NCBI GenBank assembly: GCA_963786955.1
Contig: CAWBAT010000005.1
Location: forward strand, 1,664,001 to 1,728,000
Source of the DNA: an uncultured Acidimicrobiia bacterium
GTDB taxonomy: Bacteria; Acidobacteriota; Terriglobia; Versatilivoradales; Versatilivoraceae
Reading direction: 5' to 3'
DNA: 64,000 bases
The first letter of the stretch is position 1; every line of letters begins with the position of its first letter. The notes below the pieces were generated by a model. That model saw nothing but the letters and a program-made list of their open reading frames with translations, was not told the DNA's origin and made no database searches. Shown here piece by piece: positions 1-12,178 of the stretch. Made by a program: the position numbers and the translations under genes.

Positions 1-3000
1 ATCATCAGATGGTATCTGCCGTTTGACAGCAATTGCACTTCCGGTACCGAAGTATTCGGGCTGTTGAAAACGCGCACGGGTGTTTCCGGACTCCCGGAAA
101 TCGTACGGAAATCAGAGAGTTCTGCTGAGTGTGAATAGAAGGCCGTGGCCTTTGGAATACGCTCCTGGAGCAACAGCGTGGTTGCCTGGAACAAGGGATC
201 CGATTCAAATCGTTTCTGCATCGGGTGGTCCAGGAGTAGATAGGCCAACGAGAGAAGACTCATGCCCTGGTGATGTGCCATGAAGGACCGAACGACCGCA
301 CTCGATTGCCCCCGGGGAAGCCGTGATGGGGTGTAGTCGATGGCTTCATAGAAGCCGAACTTCCCTTCAAATCCCGCAGCGGCGAGCCGTTGCAGATTCA
401 GGCAGGCTTCCTCAGGCGCGACCATCAATGCGAGGGTGGATGCATAGGGCGCAATGACCAAATCCTGGGCGAGTCCGCGTTTGAGCCCGAGGCCGGGCAC
501 ACCAAACGCGCGATACTGGTAGTTGAGATGCACATCTACCGCATTATAGCCGGATTCTGAAATGCCCCACGGCACTCCGCGCTTCCTCCCATACTCGATC
601 TGCCTTTCAACGGCCGCCTTGTAAGTTTGGTCAAGCAGCGTGTTGTCGTACGTCGGCATTACCAAGAGGGGCATGAGGTACTCGAACATCGAACCACTCC
701 ACGAAAGCAGAATCGGTTCTCCACCGGCCTGAGTGAGCAAGCGTCCCAGGGCAAACCAACTCTCCTGCGGCAATTGTCCCTGTGCGATAGCCACGAAACT
801 GCACAATCTTGCTTCTGAAGCCAGCAAATCGTAATAGCTTGAGTCACGCCGTCGGTCCGTGACGTTGTACCCGATTGCCAGCAGATGACGCGTCTTGTCG
901 AATAAAAAGTCGTACTCCATGCCGGCAAGTTCGTTGCATTGAAGGGCAAGCTCTTCGATGGTCGCGATTCTGGCCTTGGCTCGCTGGCTTGTTTGCGCGA
1001 TGACCTTTCGAAGCTCATTGAGCCCCTCGCTTTCTTCGGCTGGTGTGTTAGAGCTGATCGTATATTTCTTGGCCGGCTGTAACTCTACCTCGAGTCTTGC
1101 CAATTCGCGCAGCGTCGGGATCTCGCTTGGGAAGATGCTCAGCTGATCCGGAGAGCTCGGCAGCAATGTCCAGGGCGTGAGAAACGTGAGCTCATCGAGG
1201 GCGCTCTGGCATTGCCGGACGAGGGCGTGAGCCCACCAGTTCGCTTGGCCCTCGGAGTCAGCGGCAAGGCTGTTTGCTATCTCCAGGGCTGCAGCTACCA
1301 ACCGGTTGAGGCACTCGCGGGCTGCTGCGAGGTTGGTCGGCCCTGAGTCGCATAGGATTCGGACATTCTTTTGGAGTGTGTTGACTGGGTCTTGAGCGGT
1401 TACCCCGGCAGCATCCACCAGGACACTGACCGTGTCACGCAATCCGTCAAACACTCTCGCCCCAAGGATCTTCTGGTCAGGAAGTGAAAGCAGTCCCGGC
1501 CGCAAAGTGAGCAAGTGGCTTGCGAGGTTCCCACTGTCCACCGTCGAGACATAGAGAGGAGACAGGGGTTTCAGAGATTGCGTGTCGTACCAGTTGTAGA
1601 AGTGACCCCGGTACCTTTCCAAGGTTTCCATCGTGTGAAATGCCTTCGCCGTGCGCTCAACCAGTTGCCCAGCCGGGATGTAACCGAAGTCGTAGGCTGA
1701 TAAATTTGCGAGTAGCGCAAGCCCCATGTTGGTTGGCGAGGTACGGTGCCCAACCGCAGCAACAGGGTTCTCCTGATAGTTATCCGGGGGGAGCCACTGA
1801 TCGTCCGGCCCGACAAATGTCTCGAAGAACGCCCAGGTCTTTCGTGAAAGTTTTCGGAGAAAGGCGGTCTGGTCCGCCGTCAGTTTTGCACCACGAGGGG
1901 CGAGAGGGCGGCTGATCCACCAAGCGACAATCGGGGAGGCAAACCAGAGGCCCAATAGGGGTCCCGCCACTGCTAAAGCAACCGGCCGGGAGAGCATGAG
2001 GTAGATCGCCGCGGCAGAGGCTAGAAAAGGGGCGATCCACATCGTCTGACCAAAGGAAACGAGGTCTCGGCGGCTATTGCGATCCTGGTTGCCCGACGGA
2101 TTCCATTCCAGGAGTCGTTTGCGCGTGACCAGCATCCTCCCGGTCGTGCGCGCACTCGCATCCAGGCTGTAGAACGCTTCGTAGGGGAGGCACGTGAGCG
2201 CAAACAAGACTTGAGCGAAATGCCGGCCCGCCGAGTGCACGGCAGCCGCGAGATGCTGGTCGAGCAACAAATCGTCCGGCTTGTGAAATAGATCCAGGAT
2301 GAAGGCCAGCAGCAGCGGAACCAGGAGAATTCCGATCGCTGCTAGAGTCCAAAACCAGGATGGCGACAAGACAGTCCAACTGAGCAGTAACAGCAGGGTC
2401 AGCGCCAAAGAGGTGAGACTGCGACGCAGGTTGTCGAATATCTTCCATAGGGACAATCCAGAGAGCGGATTCTTCCGATAAGATGCGTCGGGACTGGGAA
2501 CGCGCGGCAGCAACCAGCGCGCAATCTGCCAATCCCCGCGAATCCAGCGGTACCGACGGTTCACATCGTCGCTATAGCGAGCGGGATACTCCTCATACAA
2601 CTGCACATCGCTCAACAATCCCGCCCGGGCGTAACAGCCTTCCAGAAGATCGTGGCTGAGAATGCGGTTTTCCGGAAAACGTCCATGAAGTGACTGCTCG
2701 AACGCATCCACCTCATAAATCCCTTTGCCAATGAAGGAGCCTTCACCGAATAAGTCCTGATAAACATCGGAGACGGCCCGCGTGTACGGGTCGATGCCTG
2801 GCTCACTCCCGAACAATCGTGCATACCGCGAACGGTTCGTGCTGGGCAGACTCACGGCGACGCGTGGCTGAAGGATCCCATACCCCTCGGTAATACGTTG
2901 CTTGTTTTCGCTGTACCGCGCACGATTCAGCGGGTGGGCCATCGCTCCTACAAACTGCCACGCCGAATCGCGCGGGAGTTGAGTGTCCGTATCCAGCGTA

Positions 3001-4910
3001 ATGACGTACTTCACGTGAGCTAACGCAGCCACCGCACCCACGATGAGAGAGAAGCGATCCCTTGAGCCGCCGCGCAATAACGAATTCAATTCCGCCAGTT
3101 TCCCTCGTTTCCGCTCGTAACCCATCCAAAGCCGTTCCCGCGGATTCCAGCGGCGCGGGCGATGGAAGAGGAAGAAGGTGCCCCCTTTTGCGTTCTGGTA
3201 TTTTTCATTCAGCTCCTCGATCCTTGTCTGGGCCAGTTGTAACAGCGGTCCGTCCTCCGGAAGCGTTTCCTCGAGTGCGTCTCGAAAATCAGTCAACAGG
3301 CCGAAGTGTAGATTTTCATCCCGATTTGCCAGGAACCGGACTTCCAGCGCCTCGACCAGATCCTCGACGTTTTGAGCGTTGACGAGCATCGTGGGGACCA
3401 CTACCAGCGCGCCGAATTCCGGCGGAATCCCTTCGGAGAAATCCATCCGCGGAAGCAGATGGGGCATTGCCAGTACCGTGGCCAGCCAGTTTGTTAATGC
3501 CACCGCCAAATGGCTGGTGCAGAGAAGGGAAAGGAGACCCAACCAAGCCAGCATCCATCCCTGTAGCCCGTCCGCCTGTGCCTTCGCCAGTAAACCCCCG
3601 GTGAAAATGACCGTGATCAGCAGGATCGTGCCCAGATAGAAGAACAAGGGAAACTGGAAACCGGTTCTGTGAAGCGTCTCACTCAGGGATACCTGCATCT
3701 GAGCCGTTCGTTCGAGCCCCAATAATCCCTCGTCAATCAAGTAGAACCCCACATGAGCCGCACGCTCGTCGCTGCCTTTCTTGGCTGCAGTCTCACGCGC
3801 CAGTTGAATCGCGTGGCGTGCCACTTCGTACTCGGAGTGCCGACTCCTCTTGGCTACCTTCTCCACGACGTGACGGTACCGGTCACGGGTTGTAAAATCC
3901 ATCTTGGCGTAAGTTCCGCCAGGATCCTCACGCAGCGTTTTCTCGACGACGCTCATCGTCTCGACGAACTTGCGCCAGTCCATCGCCTCGAGAAATCGGA
4001 GACTGCCGATACTGTTGCTGATGGAGACCTGGTCGGAGGCCTGTTGTTGGTTCTCCGCTTGAATCATCTGCTCAATCGTCAGGCTAGACTCGGAGAGCCG
4101 CTGCTCTATCCAGGTGAGCGGCAGTGCCAACGCATGGCTTTGCCCCTGCAATCGGCGCGCAAATTCCGCCACAAACGAACTGGATACAGGAGGATTCGAA
4201 CGCGCCATGTCCGCGATCACCAAAATCAGGCTCTTCGGGTCCTTCTCGGCGATTTCGGTCATCTGGTCCGCCCATCTGTCGGCGTCGTTTCGGTCCGTCC
4301 TGTCGGCGGCGATCCGCGCTCCAACGCGCCGGAGATTCTCGATCAGTGCCAGGCGCAGCATGATCGGGATGGCCCACAGTTCCCCTAACTTCAGGGCGGT
4401 GACCGTTTGGTAAGAAGCGACGAAACTCGCGAGGCTTTCCGGGTCTACCCGTCCATCGCCGTGCGAGATCGTCTCCAAAGCGATGTCATACACGCGCGGT
4501 AGTGTGGCCGATGGCCCGTTCCGTAAGCGAGGCAACTCCCGGCTGTAACCCCTGGGTAAGTGTCTCTTCGCGGTGCGAATCTGCTCCTCGATCAGATAGA
4601 AATTATCAAGCAACCACTCCCCGGCAGGCGTAATTCGGCGGTTCCCTTTGACCGCCACCATGAGCAAGTTTTGGACTTCAATGAGGACGCCTTCATTCTC
4701 AGCCAACCTTTTTAGAAGCCGATCGGGAGCGGGCTCCACACTCAGTTGGTGCGAGGCCGCCAAGGTCTTGCCATGCTGCTCCATCTGATGGGCGCTGAAT
4801 AGTTCTGACCGTAACGGTGGCTCGTCGCCGAGGTATTTCTGTGATAAGCCGTTTCCGCGCAGACTCATCCTCAGATGGAGCAAGTTCTCGATAATTGTTT
4901 TGTTACTCAC
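1..4910 (-). CDS. ndvB: Cyclic beta-1,2-glucan synthase (GT84/glucoamylase-like/GH94 multidomain), 3' end outside the window
   Basis: Absent from the ORF track because no stop falls in the window. GTG at 4910 reads MSNKTII...GDEPPLRSELFSAHQMEQHGKTLA. Internal motifs include WLLDNFYLIEEQ, WMGYERKRGKL, ILSHDLLEG, RWIRGDWQI, SWSGSMFEYLMP and WGISESGYN. The left edge reads PEVQLLSNGRYHLM in the same frame. Confidence 0.9.
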   Translation of the reverse strand, partial: MSNKTIIENLLHLRMSLRGNGLSQKYLGDEPPLRSELFSAHQMEQHGKTLAASHQLSVEPAPDRLLKRLAENEGVLIEVQNLLMVAVKGNRRITPAGEWLLDNFYLIEEQIRTAKRHLPRGYSRELPRLRNGPSATLPRVYDIALETISHGDGRVDPESLASFVASYQTVTALKLGELWAIPIMLRLALIENLRRVGARIAADRTDRNDADRWADQMTEIAEKDPKSLILVIADMARSNPPVSSSFVAEFARRLQGQSHALALPLTWIEQRLSESSLTIEQMIQAENQQQASDQVSISNSIGSLRFLEAMDWRKFVETMSVVEKTLREDPGGTYAKMDFTTRDRYRHVVEKVAKRSRHSEYEVARHAIQLARETAAKKGSDERAAHVGFYLIDEGLLGLERTAQMQVSLSETLHRTGFQFPLFFYLGTILLITVIFTGGLLAKAQADGLQGWMLAWLGLLSLLCTSHLAVALTNWLATVLAMPHLLPRMDFSEGIPPEFGALVVVPTMLVNAQNVEDLVEALEVRFLANRDENLHFGLLTDFRDALEETLPEDGPLLQLAQTRIEELNEKYQNAKGGTFFLFHRPRRWNPRERLWMGYERKRGKLAELNSLLRGGSRDRFSLIVGAVAALAHVKYVITLDTDTQLPRDSAWQFVGAMAHPLNRARYSENKQRITEGYGILQPRVAVSLPSTNRSRYARLFGSEPGIDPYTRAVSDVYQDLFGEGSFIGKGIYEVDAFEQSLHGRFPENRILSHDLLEGCYARAGLLSDVQLYEEYPARYSDDVNRRYRWIRGDWQIARWLLPRVPSPDASYRKNPLSGLSLWKIFDNLRRSLTSLALTLLLLLSWTVLSPSWFWTLAAIGILLVPLLLAFILDLFHKPDDLLLDQHLAAAVHSAGRHFAQVLFALTCLPYEAFYSLDASARTTGRMLVTRKRLLEWNPSGNQDRNSRRDLVSFGQTMWIAPFLASAAAIYLMLSRPVALAVAGPLLGLWFASPIVAWWISRPLAPRGAKLTADQTAFLRKLSRKTWAFFETFVGPDDQWLPPDNYQENPVAAVGHRTSPTNMGLALLANLSAYDFGYIPAGQLVERTAKAFHTMETLERYRGHFYNWYDTQSLKPLSPLYVSTVDSGNLASHLLTLRPGLLSLPDQKILGARVFDGLRDTVSVLVDAAGVTAQDPVNTLQKNVRILCDSGPTNLAAARECLNRLVAAALEIANSLAADSEGQANWWAHALVRQCQSALDELTFLTPWTLLPSSPDQLSIFPSEIPTLRELARLEVELQPAKKYTISSNTPAEESEGLNELRKVIAQTSQRAKARIATIEELALQCNELAGMEYDFLFDKTRHLLAIGYNVTDRRRDSSYYDLLASEARLCSFVAIAQGQLPQESWFALGRLLTQAGGEPILLSWSGSMFEYLMPLLVMPTYDNTLLDQTYKAAVERQIEYGRKRGVPWGISESGYNAVDVHLNYQYRAFGVPGLGLKRGLAQDLVIAPYASTLALMVAPEEACLNLQRLAAAGFEGKFGFYEAIDYTPSRLPRGQSSAVVRSFMAHHQGMSLLSLAYLLLDHPMQKRFESDPLFQATTLLLQERIPKATAFYSHSAELSDFRTISGSPETPVRVFNSPNTSVPEVQLLSNGRYHLM

Positions 4911-5413
4911 CTTCAAGCTTGCGGTCTCCTTCTTTGATTTGAAGTCTGAACGAACCCGAGCGGAAACAGTTTAGCGGCTATGGATTGCTGTTCGTATTCA
5001 AGGCAGCGAACCGAGCTCCTCTCTTTTCATCTACAGAAAATGAGAGTGTGAGCCTGAGGTTCTGACAGGACGGTTGCCTGAGCGGAGCAGCACAGTTTTG
5101 CTGTCTATCGATTGACCTAGCCAGAATAACGGTGGACCGGACGCCGGAATGGGAGATCCACTCCCGCCAAGAGCATACCTTGCTAGCGCGTGAATAGATA
5201 TCCATCTTTCGTGTGGGCTGAATTGTAGGTTGGTTTTCTTACTTTACTCTTGAGGGGTGCCTTGAATCCGGTTGTAAAACAACGGGTTCCAAAATCTAGG
5301 CATGGATTACAGGGTCTTCATCATCAATGGCCATTTATGGCATTATCCTCGCCCTCGCCAAAAGAGACGCTTTGTTTATTAACTAGATTAAGTTAAGTTT
5401 TTATGGTTATAGA

Positions 5414-5452
5414 TTGACAAATTAATATAATTAATCTATTTTAGTTAATTAG
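5414..5452 (+). promoter_or_regulatory. sigma70-type promoter of groESL with an overlapping palindromic operator
   Basis: TTGACA (5414-5419), 17 nt, TATTTT (5437-5442). Palindrome ATAATTAAT-N8-GTTAATTAG at 5427-5452. No CIRCE (TTAGCACTC-N9-GAGTGCTAA) in the leader. Confidence 0.75.
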
Positions 5453-5539
5453 ATGAGCCATTCCAATCACCTCAAGGATTTCCCAACTTAGTCTGGTTCA
5501 CTGAAATCTCACCTAAAACGACAACCCAAGGAGGTTACG

Positions 5540-5854
5540 ATGAAAGTTAGACCCCTGCATGATCGTATTTTGCTCAAGCGGATCGACGAGAAGGAAAGCG
5601 TTAAGGGTGGAATCATCATTCCCGACACCGCCAAAGAAAAGCCCCAGGAAGCTGTAGTGGTGGCCGTAGGAAATGGCAAGATTTTGGAAAATGGAACCAA
5701 GCTGGCGTTAGATGTGAAAGAGGGCGATCACGTTCTCTTTGGGAAGTACTCCGGATCCGAGATCAAAGTTGACGGAGAAGAATACCTCATCGTTCGTGAA
5801 GATGATGTCTTGGGAATTTTGGCTGAGTCGGCCAAATCAAAAGCTTCTAAGTAA
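5540..5854 (+). CDS. groES: Co-chaperonin GroES
   Basis: [14 protein letters not shown]...[14 protein letters not shown]...GKYSGSEIK; AAGGAGG RBS. Confidence 0.99.
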   Translation: MKVRPLHDRILLKRIDEKESVKGGIIIPDTAKEKPQEAVVVAVGNGKILENGTKLALDVKEGDHVLFGKYSGSEIKVDGEEYLIVREDDVLGILAESAKSKASK

Positions 5855-5904
5855 TTTTTCTATTCCACGAACTGTTACCCACTCATTTATTCCAGGAGGT
5901 TTAA

Positions 5905-7533
<1,629 letters not shown>

Positions 7534-7568
7534 TCCCCAGCCGGGGGCATCTCAGAAAATACTTTTCT

Positions 7569-7599
7569 AGACCGCTTGCAATTTAAGCGGTCTTTTTTT
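7569..7599 (+). terminator. Rho-independent terminator after groEL
   Basis: AGACCGCTT-gcaattt-AAGCGGTCT stem followed by a T-run. Confidence 0.85.
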
Positions 7600-7699
7600 A
7601 TTTGCTGAACTGAAGACTCGAGGGATTTGTCCGGCACTTTGGAATTGAAGTAAAGCAACTGGAGAGTGTCGCAGCCTAAAATCCACACAATAGTCGCTC

Positions 7700-7740
7700 A
7701 ACAAAAAGGCCAGCCCTCGGAAGCTGGCCTTTTTGTTTGT
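7700..7740. terminator. Bidirectional terminator between convergent groEL and glgC
   Basis: ACAAAAAGGCCAGC-loop-GCTGGCCTTTTTGT with A and T runs on the two sides. Confidence 0.8.
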
Positions 7741-7782
7741 GGCTTCAGTCTATTCGATGGTGAAGCTCGAAATGCTGGATCT

Positions 7783-9084
7783 TCAAATGATGGTTCCGTC
7801 TGGAATGATCGCGTTTTGGGGAATGACGACAATACCGTCCCGCACGCAGTAATTCTCTCCGTCAAAATCAGCCCGCTCCCGAGCATTGCCAATGACGACG
7901 TTGTTCCCGATTCGCACGTTCGTATCAATGATCGCATGGGTGATTGTGGCATGATCGCCGATGCCAATATTGGGAATGTGATGGTGCGCATTGTCCTGGA
8001 TCTGTTCCAGCGTTTCATAAAAGTCGGCTCCCATGATATAGGAATGATCAATAGTCGTTTCATAACCAATGCGGCTGCGGATGCCAATGACAGAGTTTCT
8101 AATGTCAGAACCGTCAAGGATACTGCCTTCTGAAATGACACTTTGCTGCAAATGACAGTCATGCATTTTCGAGCCGGGTAAGAACTGGGCCTGCGTATAG
8201 ATCGGGTTGGATTCCTGGTAGAAATTGAATCGAGGCAAGTTGGCAGTCAAATCCAGATTCGCTTCATAAAACGAGCGGATCGTCCCGATGTCGGCCCAAT
8301 AGCCCGAAAACGGGTAACTCATGACTCGGTATTCGCTGATGGAATCCGGAATAATGTTTGCCCCAAAATCGTGCTTGCTCGTTTCACTGAGTATTTTTAT
8401 TAAAAGCTCCTTTCTAAAAAGATAAATGCCCATGGAAGCCAGGTAGGCCCTGCCTTCCGGGAATTCACCGGCATCGAATCGCCCGGGGAGTTTACTTTCC
8501 AGATGACCGAGGTTTTCGATGGCCGGTTTTTCGTGGAACAGAACAATCTGGCCCGTTCCATCCACTTTCATGATGCCGAAGCGTGACGCTTCCGCAGCAG
8601 AGACCGGGATGGTTGAAACAGTAATGTCAGCCTTACTCTCCAAATGAAAGTCCAAAAGTTTTCGATAATCCATCTGGTAAAGCTGGTCTCCCGACAAGAT
8701 TAAAATATGAGAGACCACAATCTCTTCGAGATGTTGAATACTCTGCCGCACGGAGTCGGCATTCCCTTGAAACCAGTCGGGATTTTCCAGGGTTTGTTCG
8801 GCAGCCAGGACATTGACAAACCCTTGAGAGAAGTTGTCATAACGGTATGTCCGGGCAATATGTTGGTTGAGCGAAGCCGAGTTGAATTGGGTCAAAACAA
8901 ATATTTTGCGAATGTCGGAATTGATACAGTTACTGAGAGGAATATCCACAATGCGATATTTACCGGCTAAAGGGACGGCTGGTTTGGAGCGATGTTTGGT
9001 TAAGGGAAACAGGCGCTCCCCTCTCCCACCCCCCATAATAAGACCGAGCACATTACTGTAAATTGCACCCATGAAGTCCCTCAC
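7783..9084 (-). CDS. glgC: Glucose-1-phosphate adenylyltransferase
   Basis: GGGRGERLFPLT..RSKPAVPLAGKYR, ILSGDQLYQMDY, ASMGIYLF, YWADIGTI and a C-terminal beta-helix. Start may be the ATG at 9072. Confidence 0.97.
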   Translation of the reverse strand: MRDFMGAIYSNVLGLIMGGGRGERLFPLTKHRSKPAVPLAGKYRIVDIPLSNCINSDIRKIFVLTQFNSASLNQHIARTYRYDNFSQGFVNVLAAEQTLENPDWFQGNADSVRQSIQHLEEIVVSHILILSGDQLYQMDYRKLLDFHLESKADITVSTIPVSAAEASRFGIMKVDGTGQIVLFHEKPAIENLGHLESKLPGRFDAGEFPEGRAYLASMGIYLFRKELLIKILSETSKHDFGANIIPDSISEYRVMSYPFSGYWADIGTIRSFYEANLDLTANLPRFNFYQESNPIYTQAQFLPGSKMHDCHLQQSVISEGSILDGSDIRNSVIGIRSRIGYETTIDHSYIMGADFYETLEQIQDNAHHHIPNIGIGDHATITHAIIDTNVRIGNNVVIGNARERADFDGENYCVRDGIVVIPQNAIIPDGTII

Positions 9085-9130
9085 TAGCTAATCACCAATA
9101 CGTTGCGTCTTTCAGGTTTTTAGACGGATG

Positions 9131-9330
9131 AACCCGGATTCCAAAGTTGCGTGAGCGTCACTAGGTGGAGCGGGCGCTCCCGCGCACGCTCAGTGAACGC
9201 GCGGCGGAGCGCGCGTTCCACCAGAATCCGCAGGTCATCGGTATACTTTTCCCTTTCCTGAGCGTCTTGCAAGTTTCAGGCAAATCAGCAAATTGATAGA
9301 AATCCCGCCTGCCTAACTTCGGAATTCAGT
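9131..9330. mobile_element. MITE-like element, family A, copy 1
   Basis: Ends AACCCGGATTCCAAAGTT ... AACTTCGGAATTCAGT. Internal GGTGGA...TCCACC hairpin doublet. Aligns along its length with 53242-53459. Confidence 0.75.
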
Positions 9331-9532
9331 ATAAATTCAGCAGGCCTCCGAGCGGGCTGAAAATTACGCTCAAAGGAAATGGAGAGATTCTAGCTTCTAG
9401 AAGCACGGAGCAAGAACCGATCTTAGGCCAAATCCAGGCCTCTTGAATGCGGGAGGAATTTGTTCTTAAGGTGGATTCTTCTTGGGATGCTTGCCCTGCG
9501 GTGTCCGCTTGCGGCATGACGAGGGCAAAGAG

Positions 9533-9859
9533 CTAGGCGTCGAGAAAAATAATTTCAGAAATTTTCTTCCAGGGAATGAACTGCCTGCACTTCTTTACAG
9601 CCGGATTCCGATTCACAATCAGAAAGTCGGCACTGGAAATATCCAAAGTATCGCTCGATCGGCCCACGGCCGGTTCCATTTTGGACAACTGGCGAGGAGG
9701 AACCAAGTATTTGATGCCGAAGTGAATCTCGACGGCGCTATTCTTCTTTTCGTTCAATATATAAATCGATGCGTTTCCATCCAGCTTCAGTGGCACCATT
9801 TTCTCTTTGATGATTTTTTCCCACGTCGACTTACTCATTCCGTCACTGTTATCACTCAT
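9533..9859 (-). CDS. Hypothetical protein (108 aa)
   Basis: ATG with a purine-rich upstream region and protein-like composition; no family recognised. Confidence 0.5.
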   Translation of the reverse strand: MSDNSDGMSKSTWEKIIKEKMVPLKLDGNASIYILNEKKNSAVEIHFGIKYLVPPRQLSKMEPAVGRSSDTLDISSADFLIVNRNPAVKKCRQFIPWKKISEIIFLDA

Positions 9860-9908
9860 GATGTCATCTCTTTCTCGTACTCTAGGATTTTAGAGGATTC
9901 TTATTAGA

Positions 9909-10060
9909 TCAGAGTCGCGCATTTCGTTTTAAAAGGCGATTGTTTTCGGATTCCAATGTTATCTTCTCGAAGCTTGTCCTGACTCGTTTGCTCTTGTATA
10001 AGTTCTCATCTGCCTCAGCAATCAGGTCCTTAATAGTCATCTTGCCTCCATAGGGAACAG
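9909..10060 (-). pseudogene. Possible C-terminal remnant of a GGDEF domain
   Basis: TIKDLIAEADENLYKSKR resembles the terminal helix of diguanylate cyclases (LxxADxALYxAK). No GGDEF core is visible upstream. Confidence 0.3.
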
Positions 10061-10364
10061 GACTTCTTCGAATTGCGCCACTCGATCTTGCAATAGGGCC
10101 TATCCTTAATGTTCCAACCAACCCGCCTGACTAGAAACGCAAAGAGGCTTTTTTCTCTTTGCTGGGCGCGGTATGGATTGGCTCTGTTGATTTGGTTTCC
10201 AGGCCCAGCACTTTTTGAGATTCTCGATCACGCTCGCGCTGAGAAGCCCTTTTCTTCCGTTCTCGGTGAAACCTGGCTTTATCGCCGTTCTTTTGCGACA
10301 CAGTTCCCTCTCTTTTAATGGTCTATGGAAAACATACTGCATTTGTCAACTGGGCTTTGTCCCG

Positions 10365-10787
10365 TCATGCCGCAGCGGGGGCTGGGAAGCGTGCCGCGCC
10401 TCGAATCGTTCCCATCCAGGCGGCCGCTTCTCGGCGTTCCTCTTCGGTGGGCGGATAAATCAGAACCAGACCATCATGGCAAGCATCGGCAGAACGGAGA
10501 TACTGATCCTGGTGTTTCATGATGAAACCAAGGGCCTCGGCCAACTGCTCAGAATAGTGTCGGTCCCTGAATCGTATCCCACTGGGATGATCTGAAGATG
10601 TGCTTACCCAGTAATCGCAGATCAGATTCTGATAACCACCCTCTCGAACCAGCCACACGCTTGCGTAATCCAGGAAGGCTCCTGGTTCGCAGTTGTATTC
10701 AACACGTAGCAGGTTGCCCACGCTCGTTTTCATCAGCTCATCCCAAGCTAGAACTACTGCAAATTGAAGGGTCTTGTCTAACTTCAT
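10365..10787 (-). CDS. Hypothetical protein (140 aa), last gene of the XRE-divergent operon
   Basis: AAGGAGG RBS before the ATG; 23-bp gap to the upstream gene. Confidence 0.7.
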   Translation of the reverse strand: MKLDKTLQFAVVLAWDELMKTSVGNLLRVEYNCEPGAFLDYASVWLVREGGYQNLICDYWVSTSSDHPSGIRFRDRHYSEQLAEALGFIMKHQDQYLRSADACHDGLVLIYPPTEEERREAAAWMGTIRGAARFPAPAAA

Positions 10788-10810
10788 GTTGAGCCTCCTT
10801 TCCTAAACAA

Positions 10811-11692
10811 TCATCGCGCTGCGCCAAGAGCAGTTGCTATCCACGGGCTTCGCACTGGACCTGCGTCAAGGGCCTGTTTCGGGCGCGCGGCGACAACGAC
10901 CTCGTTGATATGGTATTTCACGTCATGTGAAACCACCGTGTATTCACCAAAGATCCGCACAGTGGCGGTGGCTTCCAAAGCCGTCTGCAGCCACATCCCG
11001 CCGACGTCACCGTAGAGAAGCGCGATTCGCACGTCCCGCAGCCACCACGAGAGGGTTTTTGCAGGCTCGCCCTCGGTCCGGTGAATCAGGTAGGTCTTGG
11101 CATCCACCCAGACGTTTCCGCGAAGTAGATGCCTGTCTTTGCGCCTGGGAACCAACTCGACTACGTAGCAGCGTTGGGCATTGGCCTCTTCTTCACGGAG
11201 GTACCGGAAATCATAGTTGTTCCGTGAGATTTCGGTAGAACTGGTGTCTTTCGTGATTTCCGATTCGCTCGCCAACATTCTGCGAACAATGAATTCGCCT
11301 AGTCCCATGCCGCTCGTTTGCTGGATAGAGTAATTCTTGGAGTTCGGGGGAACAAAGCTTACATCGGCAACCACCTGGGCCCGGGTATTGGATTTCTCTT
11401 TGTCAGACAACTTGTAGTCGCGCGTCACGACGTAAGGACGGAAGCGAGATTGGTTTTCATTCCGAGCCTGGGCCATGCGGGCGATGATGGTTTCCAAGGC
11501 TGGAATGGGGCTAGAGGTCTGTGCCGATGCGTATTCCACCGCCGTGGTGAGACAGAGAAAAAGCATTCCCCAAGCCTGTACAGCCAGGCGCGAAAAACCC
11601 CACGTCATTTCCTGGATATTGCGATTCAGTCCACGGCCTTCAATGATTCGGAGGTTGATTTTTTCTGCCATACGGCTCTCGACTCGATACAT
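10811..11692 (-). CDS. Secreted LolA/MucB-RseB-like fold protein (start may be downstream)
   Basis: Signal-like stretch ending ASA-Q, then YDFRYLREE...CYVVELVPRRKD..LLRGNVWVDAKTY, typical of the lipoprotein-sorting/LolA-like superfamily. Confidence 0.7.
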   Translation of the reverse strand: MYRVESRMAEKINLRIIEGRGLNRNIQEMTWGFSRLAVQAWGMLFLCLTTAVEYASAQTSSPIPALETIIARMAQARNENQSRFRPYVVTRDYKLSDKEKSNTRAQVVADVSFVPPNSKNYSIQQTSGMGLGEFIVRRMLASESEITKDTSSTEISRNNYDFRYLREEEANAQRCYVVELVPRRKDRHLLRGNVWVDAKTYLIHRTEGEPAKTLSWWLRDVRIALLYGDVGGMWLQTALEATATVRIFGEYTVVSHDVKYHINEVVVAARPKQALDAGPVRSPWIATALGAAR

Positions 11693-11723
11693 ACAAGCTC
11701 CCAGGACGACTGGTCTGGCAGTC

Positions 11724-12074
11724 TTATAGTGACTCGCTGCCGGGTACCCGATTCGTGATCGATGCCATCGAGAGAATCGGTTGCCTCTTTAACGCCAACA
11801 AGGAGATCATGAAGGTCATCAGGCAAACCCAATCCAGCCAGAGAAGTGTCTTACGAGACAGGACCAAAGGCACGATGGGATTAAAGAGTACGGCAATAGC
11901 TAGGAATCCAGTTGCCCACATGTACTTGCCGACACGAGCCGCCTGCGTGAGGACTAGAAGGGCAGAGACACAAACAACCAATTCCAACAATACTTGGTAG
12001 GGCGCCGCAAGGCTTAACCCCGCCAGAAGCAACACCACGCTGGAAACCCACTTCATGATATTCGTTAGCATCAT
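11724..12074 (-). CDS. Small membrane protein, DUF6804-like
   Basis: About four hydrophobic segments with an AIAVLFNPIVP motif; AGAGG RBS before ATG 12074. Confidence 0.7.
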   Translation of the reverse strand: MMLTNIMKWVSSVVLLLAGLSLAAPYQVLLELVVCVSALLVLTQAARVGKYMWATGFLAIAVLFNPIVPLVLSRKTLLWLDWVCLMTFMISLLALKRQPILSMASITNRVPGSESL

Positions 12075-12178
12075 TAACCTCTTTTCTTCTGTTCTATTTA
12101 GACCCCTGATGATTGTTGCAGGAAATCGGAAAGGGTAGGCATGGTCGTTACCCACCAAACTAAAGTGACCAACCCGGT

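Noticed and set aside
5-4413. Many short ORFs on both strands in the ORF track
   Set aside because: They are shadows of the single long minus-strand ndvB frame, which the track omits because it has no stop in the window.
4978-5205. 75-aa ORF or structured RNA upstream of ndvB
   Set aside because: No recognisable protein motif or riboswitch consensus; only one imperfect hairpin.
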